This document shows, piece after piece, positions 18,729-26,504 of a stretch of 64,000 nt of DNA. The notes below the pieces were generated by a model. It made no database searches, was not told the DNA's origin, and worked only from the letters and a program-made list of their open reading frames with translations. Location: positions 24,865 through 88,864 of the IMG/VR virus record IMGVR_UViG_3300025382_000004; one strand, given 5' to 3'. This DNA is from a virus (Duplodnaviria; Caudoviricetes). Position 1 is the stretch's first letter. The number at the start of each line of letters is the position of its first letter. Position numbers and translations under genes: made by a program.

Positions 18729-19166
18729 ATGAGTAAGAAAAATGTATATGAAGTATTTAATGACTTCAAAGTGGCCAAGAATAAAAAAGATCGTATCAAA
18801 GTCCTACAAGATAATGATACTTTCGCTTTGAGGAATGTATTGATTGGAACCTTTCATAAAGGTGTCGAATTTGTCATTGCCGAAGCACCATCTTTTAAAA
18901 GAAATGATGACTTACCTCCTGGTTTGGGTTATAATAATATGACCCAGGTATTGGATAAGTTATATCTCTTTATGAAGAACAACCCACGCACTCCTGCCGG
19001 TCTTACAGACAAGAGAAAATCAGAACTTTTATTACAAATATTGGAAAGTTTAGAGCCTAAAGAGGCTGATGTATATATGGGTATCATTCTAAAAGACCAG
19101 AAGATCCCATATCTAACTGAGACGCTTGTTCTTGAAGCGTTCCCAGGATTATTTCCACAAGGGTAG
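18729..19166 (+). CDS. conserved hypothetical protein downstream of rnh
   Basis: K.E.LLQILESL...EA pattern. Confidence 0.7.
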   Translation: MSKKNVYEVFNDFKVAKNKKDRIKVLQDNDTFALRNVLIGTFHKGVEFVIAEAPSFKRNDDLPPGLGYNNMTQVLDKLYLFMKNNPRTPAGLTDKRKSELLLQILESLEPKEADVYMGIILKDQKIPYLTETLVLEAFPGLFPQG

Positions 19167-19172
19167 AATAAC

Positions 19173-19367
19173 ATGAAGCAACTAAAAAACACTTTCAAAG
19201 ATCCTTATGTTGAACTACAGGAAGAGGACCGCCGTTATGGCGGCCGCAAATTGGAACGTCCAGAGTCCGAAATGCGGCGTGATCGTCGTCCACTAAAGAA
19301 CCTCAAGAAGGCGTGGATGGAACACACCGAGGACTTTGACGAAGTGGACGATTTTTACGAACACTGA
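19173..19367 (+). CDS. hypothetical protein
   Basis: ORF, charged sequence. Confidence 0.6.
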   Translation: MKQLKNTFKDPYVELQEEDRRYGGRKLERPESEMRRDRRPLKNLKKAWMEHTEDFDEVDDFYEH

Positions 19368-19396
19368 TTGTAAACAATTGTAAACAAAAATAATGC

Positions 19397-19454
19397 TTGA
19401 CATTCCTTTTCCCAGGTGTATAATAGTAAATACTGAAACCTTGGGAAAAGGAAT
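19397..19454 (+). promoter_or_regulatory. sigma70 promoter interleaved with an RBS-sequestering inverted repeat
   Basis: TTGACA-16-TATAAT; perfect 13-bp arms ATTCCTTTTCCCA (19402-19414) and TGGGAAAAGGAAT (19442-19454). Confidence 0.8.
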
Positions 19455-19459
19455 AGATT

Positions 19460-19999
19460 ATGGAATTATCATCATTACTGATGGAATCAGACCTTACAGG
19501 TTATATTTCCGAAAACCTTTCTGACCTGTGGGAAGGTACACCTCTCCAAGGATATAAATTGCTTGATAATAAGCAAAAAGGTGGTTATGGTGAAGTATTG
19601 GCCGAGAAACTTTGTGAACAATTAGGTCTCAAAGTAACACAAAGAACAAATTCCGATCATGATATGGTCGTGAACGGTTATAAAACCGAAGTAAAATTTT
19701 CCATTGCACAAACCAATAAAGATAAAACGGCCATAAATAAAGATGTATTTATGATGAACCATGTCGGTGTTGGTAAAGATTATGATCGTTTACTTTTCAT
19801 AGGTATCAATCCTAATTTTGAGGAATCCAGGATTGTATGGTTTGATAAAAAAGATATTAAGAAAATTATCAATAACAAAGATTATTTTGGTTATCAGCAA
19901 GGTGGTAACAATGCTGAGAATGACGACTATATGTCCGGATCGGCCAGACTTATCAGATTGATTAATTCTCCATATGCTAGGACTCTTGAACAATGGTAA
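19460..19999 (+). CDS. putative PD-(D/E)XK restriction-type endonuclease
   Basis: KGGYGE...HDMVVNGYKTEVKFS pattern; overlaps the MTase start. Confidence 0.6.
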   Translation: MELSSLLMESDLTGYISENLSDLWEGTPLQGYKLLDNKQKGGYGEVLAEKLCEQLGLKVTQRTNSDHDMVVNGYKTEVKFSIAQTNKDKTAINKDVFMMNHVGVGKDYDRLLFIGINPNFEESRIVWFDKKDIKKIINNKDYFGYQQGGNNAENDDYMSGSARLIRLINSPYARTLEQW

Positions 20000-20724
20000 A
20001 ATTATATCATGGTGATTGTCTTGAGGTTTTAAAAGAACTTGAGAACAACTCGGTTGATATGGTCTTGACCGATCTTCCTTATGGTACCACGGCCTGTAAA
20101 TGGGATGCTATTATTCCATTTGAACCTCTATGGGAACAATTAAACCGAATTGCTAAAAAAAAGGCTGCAATGGTATTTACAGCACAAATGCCATTCACTG
20201 CGGCCTTGGCTATGTCCAATATCAAAAATCTAAAGTATGAATGGATATGGGAAAAACCTCAAGGCACTAATCCCCTTAATGCTAAAATAATGCCATTAAA
20301 GTCACACGAAAACATTCTAGTTTTCTGCCGTGAAACACCTACCTATAATCCTCAAATGGAACAAGGCACACCTTATAGCGGTTTCTCTTCCGATGAGTCC
20401 AAGATTGGTGAAGTTTATGGTGGTGCCAAATCTAAGCACCGAGATAATCCTACTGGTGAAAGATATCCTAAAACCATACTAAGACATAAGCAAGAAAAAG
20501 GATTACATCCTACACAAAAACCAGTCACTCTCATGTCTTATCTAATCAATACACATTCCAATCCGGGAGATGTTGTTCTTGATTGCACAATGGGATCAGG
20601 AACCACTGGCGTTGCTTGTATTGACACGGATAGGAATTTCATAGGTATAGAAATGGATGAAAAATATTTTAATATCGCAAAAGATCGTATTGAAGGCCGC
20701 CGAGGTCTGTTGACATTCATCTAG
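19993..20724 (+). CDS. beta-class amino (N4-C/N6-A) DNA methyltransferase
   Basis: DLPYG before HPTQKP and LDCTMGSGTTG. Confidence 0.92.
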   Translation: MVKLYHGDCLEVLKELENNSVDMVLTDLPYGTTACKWDAIIPFEPLWEQLNRIAKKKAAMVFTAQMPFTAALAMSNIKNLKYEWIWEKPQGTNPLNAKIMPLKSHENILVFCRETPTYNPQMEQGTPYSGFSSDESKIGEVYGGAKSKHRDNPTGERYPKTILRHKQEKGLHPTQKPVTLMSYLINTHSNPGDVVLDCTMGSGTTGVACIDTDRNFIGIEMDEKYFNIAKDRIEGRRGLLTFI

Positions 20725-20725
20725 C

Positions 20726-20792
20726 TGCGACATCCTGTCGCAGGCGTTTACATACCTTTTTTATTGACAATGCCGTTCCTTTATGTTATTCT
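20726..20792 (+). promoter_or_regulatory. palindrome-promoter cassette 1
   Basis: TGCGACA-TCC-TGTCGCA, 21 bp, TTGACA-17-TATTCT with extended -10 TG. Confidence 0.85.
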
Positions 20793-20819
20793 TAGACATA
20801 ATCAGAAAGGATTGTAAAC

Positions 20820-20957
20820 ATGCTTCTATATATTCGACGCAAAATTACCGTAGCATTTGCTAGAGCTACATTAGAGATGCCCTGGCCTTTTTGTAAATAT
20901 GCATTATTATTACAATGTAAACTTGGGTTTACATACGATAATCTCCCCGAAGAATAA
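20820..20957 (+). CDS. 45-aa early protein, paralogue of 23140..23283
   Basis: Read manually: MLLYIRRKITVAFARATLEMPWPFCKYALLLQCKLGFTYDNLPEE; GAAAGGA SD. Confidence 0.65.
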   Translation: MLLYIRRKITVAFARATLEMPWPFCKYALLLQCKLGFTYDNLPEE

Positions 20958-20971
20958 CAATGACTTACGGG

Positions 20972-21038
20972 TGCGACGTTCTGTCGCACCCATTTTATGC
21001 CAGTTTACATTGACTTTACCGTTCCTTGATGCTATTAT
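20972..21038 (+). promoter_or_regulatory. palindrome-promoter cassette 2
   Basis: TGCGACG-TTC-TGTCGCA, 21 bp, TTGACT-17-TATTAT. Confidence 0.85.
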
Positions 21039-21044
21039 ATGTCC

Positions 21045-21371
21045 ATGATGAAAACACAAAAGCGGAAATCACGGTCTGATCGTAAACACCTTGTTTACAG
21101 TCTGTCTGTAAACGGACAGGAATACATTGGTGTGACCTTTGTTGAACGGTCGGCTGTTAAGAAATCCCTAACCAGAAGGTGGCAGAAACATGTCCGACGG
21201 GCCCTTACAGAAAACAAAAACTGGAAGCTCTGTGTTGCTATACGCAAATATGGCGCTGATGCCTTTGACGTTACTGTATTGGACGTGGTCCGCGGTAAGT
21301 CCGCTGCTCATACCTTAGAACGTGATCTAATCAAATCCCGCAAACCTAAACTTAACACGGATGTAAGATAA
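21045..21371 (+). CDS. GIY-YIG-like nuclease, probably translated from a leaderless mRNA
   Basis: LVY.L...YIGVT...R...H; ATG 6 nt after the -10 box, no SD. Confidence 0.65.
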   Translation: MMKTQKRKSRSDRKHLVYSLSVNGQEYIGVTFVERSAVKKSLTRRWQKHVRRALTENKNWKLCVAIRKYGADAFDVTVLDVVRGKSAAHTLERDLIKSRKPKLNTDVR

Positions 21372-21529
21372 TGGCTAATGCTCGTTTTGCTGCTAAAAAA
21401 CCCGCTATTCAGGTTACTCTCAACCAGTTGGAGGACTTCTTCCTTAAGGGTAATGATATTAAGGTGTGTAAGGCACCTAAACGCCCTAAGAAGGGTTATA
21501 CCACTGGCAAAAAGGTGAAAGGTATCTAA
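21371..21529 (+). CDS. 52-aa basic protein
   Basis: Read manually: MANARFAAKKPAIQVTLNQLEDFFLKGNDIKVCKAPKRPKK... Confidence 0.55.
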   Translation: MANARFAAKKPAIQVTLNQLEDFFLKGNDIKVCKAPKRPKKGYTTGKKVKGI

Positions 21530-21719
21530 TGTTGGAAATAATCGCTCTAACCGTATCGCTGGCTATTCCTGTTTCTCTTGCTCTTGTTGCTTTACTCTCG
21601 GAGTCTGATAATGCTTAATTGGAAAGATGATGAACAAATGGTCCAATGCCTTGGTCTTTTCCTGACTTTGGTTGGTCTTATGTTCGGTGTTGGTCTTATC
21701 GCTTATTTTGGAGGTTAAT

Positions 21720-22070
21720 ATGGAAAGTCCAGTTACACCTGTAAAAGAATTATCTAAACATGAAAGTAATAAGAAGTGGTTGGAACATTATGTTGTTGCC
21801 ATGGAATTAGCAAGAGTTAAATATGAAAAGGCCAAAAAGAGTTATGAAACTGTAGCAAATCTACATCGTTTAGAAGTTTCTATGGAAAAAAATGGTGATC
21901 TCTATATCTTCACAACTCTTGATGACGATGATCTTGAACGGGTGATTTTTGCTCGTAAGGATAGAAAAACAAAACGATGGGTTTTACGTGAAGGTCGTAA
22001 ACAGATTATGAAAAAATGTCCTTATAATCTAAACGAAATTCGTCTCAAAATAGCAATAGGTGAAATATGA
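21720..22070 (+). CDS. hypothetical protein
   Basis: GGAGG SD before ATG 21720. Confidence 0.65.
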   Translation: MESPVTPVKELSKHESNKKWLEHYVVAMELARVKYEKAKKSYETVANLHRLEVSMEKNGDLYIFTTLDDDDLERVIFARKDRKTKRWVLREGRKQIMKKCPYNLNEIRLKIAIGEI

Positions 22071-22200
22071 AACAAGTAATCGTATCCGGTTCTTTCCGTT
22101 ATGTTGCAAAACGTATTGAGGAACTTGATGCTCAAGGTTATAAAATTGTAAAATCTAAACAATGGTCCGACGGTAAGTGGACTTATGTGATGGAGAAATA

Positions 22201-22407
22201 ATGAATAATGCCATCCACTTTGTAGGATTTAAAGATAACCGTTATAACGCGGCCGTCAAGGTGTTCGGCACTCCTGACTTTATCCATAGAGTATGGGATA
22301 AACGTGCGGCCGATGAGGTTATGGAAAATGATGTGGTGATATTTGCTGATAGTGATGAAACGCAAGAGGTGAAATTTTTTGCGTTTGACGACTCCGCTAA
22401 CTTCTAA
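22201..22407 (+). CDS. conserved small phage protein
   Basis: IHFVGF...Y..AV.VFG.PDF.H..WD.RA motif. Confidence 0.7.
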   Translation: MNNAIHFVGFKDNRYNAAVKVFGTPDFIHRVWDKRAADEVMENDVVIFADSDETQEVKFFAFDDSANF

Positions 22408-22417
22408 GGAATATAAT

Positions 22418-22567
22418 ATGGCTAATGTGAAAACTTTCAATCTGTCGATTTGGTTCAAAGGTTATGACCTTACATTCCGTGGTATATCACGAACTGCGGC
22501 CTGTAGGTATATTGATCTTTATTCTAAGAAAGAAAACTATATCTCTTGGAGTGTAGAGGAAAGATAA
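22418..22567 (+). CDS. 49-aa protein, tandem paralogue A
   Basis: AAGGA SD; MANVKTFNLSIWFKG... Confidence 0.65.
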   Translation: MANVKTFNLSIWFKGYDLTFRGISRTAACRYIDLYSKKENYISWSVEER

Positions 22568-22719
22568 TGCATAACATAAAGAGTTATACATTGACGGTAT
22601 ATCTTAAAAACGGTGATCAAGTCGTCTATAAAAACATTACCAGAAATGCCATGATGAAAAAGGTTAGACATTACCAGGAATTAAAATTATCTCTAACGTT
22701 TCATATTGATTGGGAGTAA
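22567..22719 (+). CDS. 50-aa protein, tandem paralogue B
   Basis: Read manually: MHNIKSYTLTVYLKNG...; TAATG coupling. Confidence 0.6.
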   Translation: MHNIKSYTLTVYLKNGDQVVYKNITRNAMMKKVRHYQELKLSLTFHIDWE

Positions 22720-22724
22720 ACATA

Positions 22725-22949
22725 ATGCGTGAGTTTACTAATGCCGTTATTGAGGCCAAAGATGAGGGTGTGTTGGATCGTGATGAATTGATCCGTGACC
22801 TTCTCAACTATATGTCCGACTCCGAGGTCGCAAACTTTTTGAGTAATTATTATGCCGAGTTTTATGGTGAACTAGCAGAGGAGGAAGATGATTATGACGG
22901 CCAACCGGACGAAGCGCAAGAATGGCATGACTTTGATCCAGATTGTTAA
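22725..22949 (+). CDS. highly acidic small protein
   Basis: GGAG SD; ends YDGQPDEAQEWHDFDPDC. Confidence 0.75.
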   Translation: MREFTNAVIEAKDEGVLDRDELIRDLLNYMSDSEVANFLSNYYAEFYGELAEEEDDYDGQPDEAQEWHDFDPDC

Positions 22950-23045
22950 TCCTGTTGCCAAGGCACTCCGCAATCCTGTATGTAGACAGAGGATTGTTCC
23001 TTCTAAAAAGGTGTATCGTAGAAAGGCGAGGTTTACATTCATGGG

Positions 23046-23112
23046 TGCGACATCCTGTCGCATCTGTTGACATACGATTTTGATTGACTGTTCCGTCCGT
23101 TTATGCTATTAT
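23046..23112 (+). promoter_or_regulatory. palindrome-promoter cassette 3
   Basis: TGCGACA-TCC-TGTCGCA, 21 bp, TTGACT-17-TATTAT. Confidence 0.85.
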
Positions 23113-23139
23113 TAGACATAATCAGAAAGGATAGTAAAC

Positions 23140-23283
23140 ATGAAAAACCTCATTATGTATAAAGTTAATATGTTCTTTGCATACCTTACCATAGATGCCC
23201 CCGTTCCATTTTTTGTAAAACTTCATGCCCTTACATTACAAGGAAAAATTAACTCTTTCGTCAACTATCAATGGGGAAATTAA
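23140..23283 (+). CDS. 47-aa early protein, paralogue of 20820..20957
   Basis: Read manually: MKNLIMYKVNMFFAYLTIDAPVPFFVKLHALTLQGKINSFVNYQWGN. Confidence 0.65.
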   Translation: MKNLIMYKVNMFFAYLTIDAPVPFFVKLHALTLQGKINSFVNYQWGN

Positions 23284-23284
23284 T

Positions 23285-23494
23285 ATGAAAAAACTATATA
23301 TCGTCTTTATGAACTCTTATAACAAACGATATAACACTAACATTTTTTATCATAACTCCGATGAAGATATCAATATGGGTTTTTTTAACAATAAACAAGA
23401 TGCTCAAAATGTTATTGATGAACTAAATGAAAAATACAAAGATGATAAGCATAATTATAATCAGTATTACATTTATGAGTCAGTCTATAACTAA
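23285..23494 (+). CDS. Asn/Tyr-rich hypothetical protein
   Basis: AT-rich ORF with SD. Confidence 0.55.
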   Translation: MKKLYIVFMNSYNKRYNTNIFYHNSDEDINMGFFNNKQDAQNVIDELNEKYKDDKHNYNQYYIYESVYN

Positions 23495-23511
23495 TAGAAA
23501 GTGAGAATATA

Positions 23512-23745
23512 ATGAAACTTGTACCACATGGTTCAAACCAAAATGTCCTTATCCTTGAGAATGGCACTAAAGTCCTTTTCTCATATCGAACTCCAGTGGC
23601 TGCTTTCCATCCTATCAAAGGTTGGCTGCGTACCGATAGAAAGTGGTCGGCCACAACCACCAAGCATATCAATAAGTGGTTGTCTGGCCTAAACGCCAGC
23701 ATCATTTCACAGTCTTTCCTTGACAACCTTGTGGAGCGTATATAA
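23512..23745 (+). CDS. conserved small phage protein
   Basis: LFSY.TPVA...WS.TT.KHINKW motif. Confidence 0.7.
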   Translation: MKLVPHGSNQNVLILENGTKVLFSYRTPVAAFHPIKGWLRTDRKWSATTTKHINKWLSGLNASIISQSFLDNLVERI

Positions 23746-23942
23746 TGTCCAGAATGTCCGACCTTGCTTTGGAAGTGGATGAGTTGGTGGTTCAGGCCAT
23801 CGAATACGGTGCCCAGACGGAACAGCAAGTCCAGACGTATGTAAACGACCGTATGGCGTTGACAATCCCTATAGAGCAAATCAATCGTATCATAGACGAT
23901 TTCTATAGAGCGGATTTCTATTGTCAACACCACAACCTATAG
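23745..23942 (+). CDS. hypothetical protein
   Basis: TAATG coupling; MSRMSDL start. Confidence 0.6.
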   Translation: MSRMSDLALEVDELVVQAIEYGAQTEQQVQTYVNDRMALTIPIEQINRIIDDFYRADFYCQHHNL

Positions 23943-23943
23943 G

Positions 23944-24009
23944 TGCGACAACCTGTCGCATGTGTTTACAAACGATTTTGGTTGCCATATCCGTCCGTTG
24001 TGTTATAAT
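23944..24009 (+). promoter_or_regulatory. palindrome-promoter cassette 4
   Basis: TGCGACA-ACC-TGTCGCA, 21 bp, TTGCCA-16-TATAAT with extended -10 TG. Confidence 0.8.
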
Positions 24010-24044
24010 GTCCGTATTAAATGAGAAATGTGAAAGGAAATCGA

Positions 24045-24638
24045 ATGCCTAAAGTATCTGCATCAAATGGTATCCGTCCTGAAATCCGCGCCCTTGCGGT
24101 TCTTGTGATGGGTAAAACTGTTACGCCTGCCGAAATTAATGACCACGTCGGCACTGGTGATTATGCTGCCAAGTATGTGTCCTTCCTCAATACGCGGTAC
24201 GGTTTCACTATTACCGCCAATAAAGATGGTCGCAAGGTCGTTTCTTATACGATGGTCGCCGAGCCTGCTAATGCTGCCGACCTCCGTGCCGCACAACCTA
24301 AGGCACCTAAGGTCAAGGCTGCCAAGGTTGCTAAGGCTCCTAAGGCCAAGGTTTCTAAGGCATTAGGTCTTACAATGGCCGAAGCAAATGAAATCCGTGA
24401 AGAGGTTGCTTCCGAACGTGCCTTAGAAATCAAGGCAAAGAACCTTGAGACACTCCGCAAGGTTGCTAAAGACATGGGTATGAAGAAAGTGGCCGCTAAG
24501 AAAAAGGTCGCCAAGAAAGTCCGTGACTTTGATGATGTTACGGAGCAGTTTGGTACCAGTGGTGAGGTTGCCACCTCATTCTCAATTGATAAAGATTGGG
24601 ACTCCATCGATGGTGTTGACCTCTCAAAAATCATCTAA
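24045..24638 (+). CDS. putative DNA-binding protein: winged-helix-like N-terminus plus Lys/Ala/Pro histone-like tail
   Basis: GAAAGGA SD; VTPAEI...YAAKYVSFL...GFTI...KVVSY; PKAPKVKAAKVAKAPKAK. Confidence 0.6.
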   Translation: MPKVSASNGIRPEIRALAVLVMGKTVTPAEINDHVGTGDYAAKYVSFLNTRYGFTITANKDGRKVVSYTMVAEPANAADLRAAQPKAPKVKAAKVAKAPKAKVSKALGLTMAEANEIREEVASERALEIKAKNLETLRKVAKDMGMKKVAAKKKVAKKVRDFDDVTEQFGTSGEVATSFSIDKDWDSIDGVDLSKII

Positions 24639-24654
24639 CTAATAGGAGTGTTAG

Positions 24655-24906
24655 TTGTCAACTATCGTCACTCTTGATCTGAATAATTTTGATACGGATG
24701 ATCTAATCGCTGAACTGGAGGATCGTGAATATCGTGTTATGACGCCGGGTGAAACTGATGAAAACTCGGAGTCATTAGAAAATATGCATGATGAAATCCA
24801 TACCTTATACTTAAACTTCCTAGCATTATATAAAAATAATAATAGGGAGTTTGAAAAGTCCTTGAAAAAGTTTTTTGAGGATACTATAGATGTAAGGATT
24901 ATTTAA
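24655..24906 (+). CDS. acidic hypothetical protein
   Basis: TTG start after GGAG. Confidence 0.55.
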   Translation: MSTIVTLDLNNFDTDDLIAELEDREYRVMTPGETDENSESLENMHDEIHTLYLNFLALYKNNNREFEKSLKKFFEDTIDVRII

Positions 24907-25280
24907 TGCGCCTCAAAGTGAAATACAGGAACTCGGCCTATCGGCCGGGTTCTTATGCTTATTCCGAACCATATAACTATTATGAAGGTCGTGTGGTTCT
25001 TCCTAAACCCAAGTGGTTATCTGAAAATGAGTTTATGTTAACCACTGGTGATGCTGATGCGCCGGCTCGTATTCTGGATAAGCGTGATATATTGGAGGCA
25101 TGGACAGGTAATGACAAGTATGATGATGGCGTCACTCTAGTAAATGGTGATAAAAAAATATATGTAGTTACCCGTGGTAACTTTGGTCGTTATTCATGTA
25201 ACTGTACCGCATATCATTATCGCAAATGGTGTAGTCACACAAACGAGGTAAAGAAAAATGTCCGATCAAGCGTTGGTTGA
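24906..25280 (+). CDS. SWIM zinc-finger protein
   Basis: YSCNC...RKWCSH. Confidence 0.75.
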   Translation: MRLKVKYRNSAYRPGSYAYSEPYNYYEGRVVLPKPKWLSENEFMLTTGDADAPARILDKRDILEAWTGNDKYDDGVTLVNGDKKIYVVTRGNFGRYSCNCTAYHYRKWCSHTNEVKKNVRSSVG

Positions 25281-25437
25281 AGTGAAAGAAATGCTGTATA
25301 AACGCCTTGCTATTCTCCGTCCATTCATACAGAATATGGAGATAGATGAATACGGTCCTCTTGACTTTACAGAGGCCGCATATTTAAATGAGTTGATGTT
25401 TCTGGAAGAGTTACTAGATATTATTGAGAGGTCATAA
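25258..25437 (+). CDS. 59-aa hypothetical protein
   Basis: Read manually; GAGG SD; coupled to the next ORF. Confidence 0.5.
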   Translation: MSDQALVEVKEMLYKRLAILRPFIQNMEIDEYGPLDFTEAAYLNELMFLEELLDIIERS

Positions 25438-25592
25438 TGGATAGTTATCTAAAACAAATCGCTTATAGTGAAGGTAAAAAGGCGTATTTTGATAAGGTAT
25501 GTCCTATGGATAATCCTTATGAAGGAGTCCATGAGATACTTTACAATGTATGGTGTGATGGTTGGTGGGATATGTTTTATGAGGACATCTAA
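25437..25592 (+). CDS. 51-aa ribosome modulation factor (Rmf)-like protein
   Basis: Read manually: AYSEGKKAY...NPY...VWCDGW matches the Rmf AY..G..A...PY...W..GW pattern. Confidence 0.5.
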   Translation: MDSYLKQIAYSEGKKAYFDKVCPMDNPYEGVHEILYNVWCDGWWDMFYEDI

Positions 25593-26134
25593 TGAATATT
25601 TTTTATCTTGATCACGACCAACAAAAATGTGCCGAGTGGTCCGTGGACTCTCATTGTGTTAAGATGATCCTTGAGAGTGCCCAACTTTTGTCCACGGCTC
25701 ACCGAGTGCTAGACGGTCATGAGTATATAGACGATGGTGGAAAACGTAAGGTAAAACGATGGCGCCTTGATGATGACCGTAATGCTCAACTATACTCAGC
25801 AACTCATGTCAATCATCCATCGGCAGTGTGGTGCCGTGAAACCGAGGCCAACTATCTCTGGTTGTGGTCATTGCTTCGTGAATACTGTAAAGAATATACC
25901 TACCGTTATGGAAAAACACATAAAGTTGAGGCTGACGGTCTTTTGTATGACCTTAGATATACACCACATAACACACCTTTAATATATTTCACCGAACCTC
26001 CAAGTGCGATGGATCCTAAATACATTATATCAAAAGATCCGATAGTCAATTATCGGAACTACTACAAGGTTGGTAAGGTGCACCTACACAAGTGGAAGAA
26101 ACGTGAAGCACCGGAGTGGATAAAGGAGGCGTAA
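25592..26134 (+). CDS. pyrimidine-dimer DNA glycosylase (DenV-family-like)
   Basis: MNIFYLD...H.VKMILESAQLLSTAH...TH.NHPSAVW. Confidence 0.8.
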   Translation: MNIFYLDHDQQKCAEWSVDSHCVKMILESAQLLSTAHRVLDGHEYIDDGGKRKVKRWRLDDDRNAQLYSATHVNHPSAVWCRETEANYLWLWSLLREYCKEYTYRYGKTHKVEADGLLYDLRYTPHNTPLIYFTEPPSAMDPKYIISKDPIVNYRNYYKVGKVHLHKWKKREAPEWIKEA

Positions 26135-26397
26135 TGCCAAACTATACTTTTCGTAATAAAGAAACCAATGAAGAATTTACCGTCACCATGACAATGGCGG
26201 ACCACGACACATATCTAGACGATAAACCTCACTTGGAGCAAGTTCTCCGCAATTTTACTATGGTCGACCCAGTTAATGTGGGTATCACAAAACCACCAGC
26301 AGATTTCCAGAAATATGTATTAGGCAGAATTAAAGCGGCCGTACCAGAGGCCTCTGCCGTTGCGAACAAACGCTGGGACATTCCAAAGGAGATTTAG
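26134..26397 (+). CDS. small conserved protein, FmdB-like N-terminus
   Basis: GGAGG SD; MPNYTFRNKETNEEF. Confidence 0.7.
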   Translation: MPNYTFRNKETNEEFTVTMTMADHDTYLDDKPHLEQVLRNFTMVDPVNVGITKPPADFQKYVLGRIKAAVPEASAVANKRWDIPKEI

Positions 26398-26430
26398 AAC
26401 TGTCTCAACCACCAAAAAAATCCACGAATA

Positions 26431-26462
26431 GAGGCCGCGCCCGCAAGGCGTTGGCCTCTTTT
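26431..26462 (+). terminator. rho-independent terminator
   Basis: GAGGCC..CGCC-CGCAA-GGCG..GGCCTC-TTTT. Confidence 0.7.
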
Positions 26463-26504
26463 GTTTATGAGAAGGTGAATAACGAAAAACAAAAAGGTAA
26501 AGAT

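Noticed and set aside
23412-24634. Minus-strand ORFs 23412..23933 and 24245..24634, and similar short antisense or nested ORFs in the track
   Set aside because: These are shadow frames of well-supported genes on the other strand or frame, with no SD or motif support.
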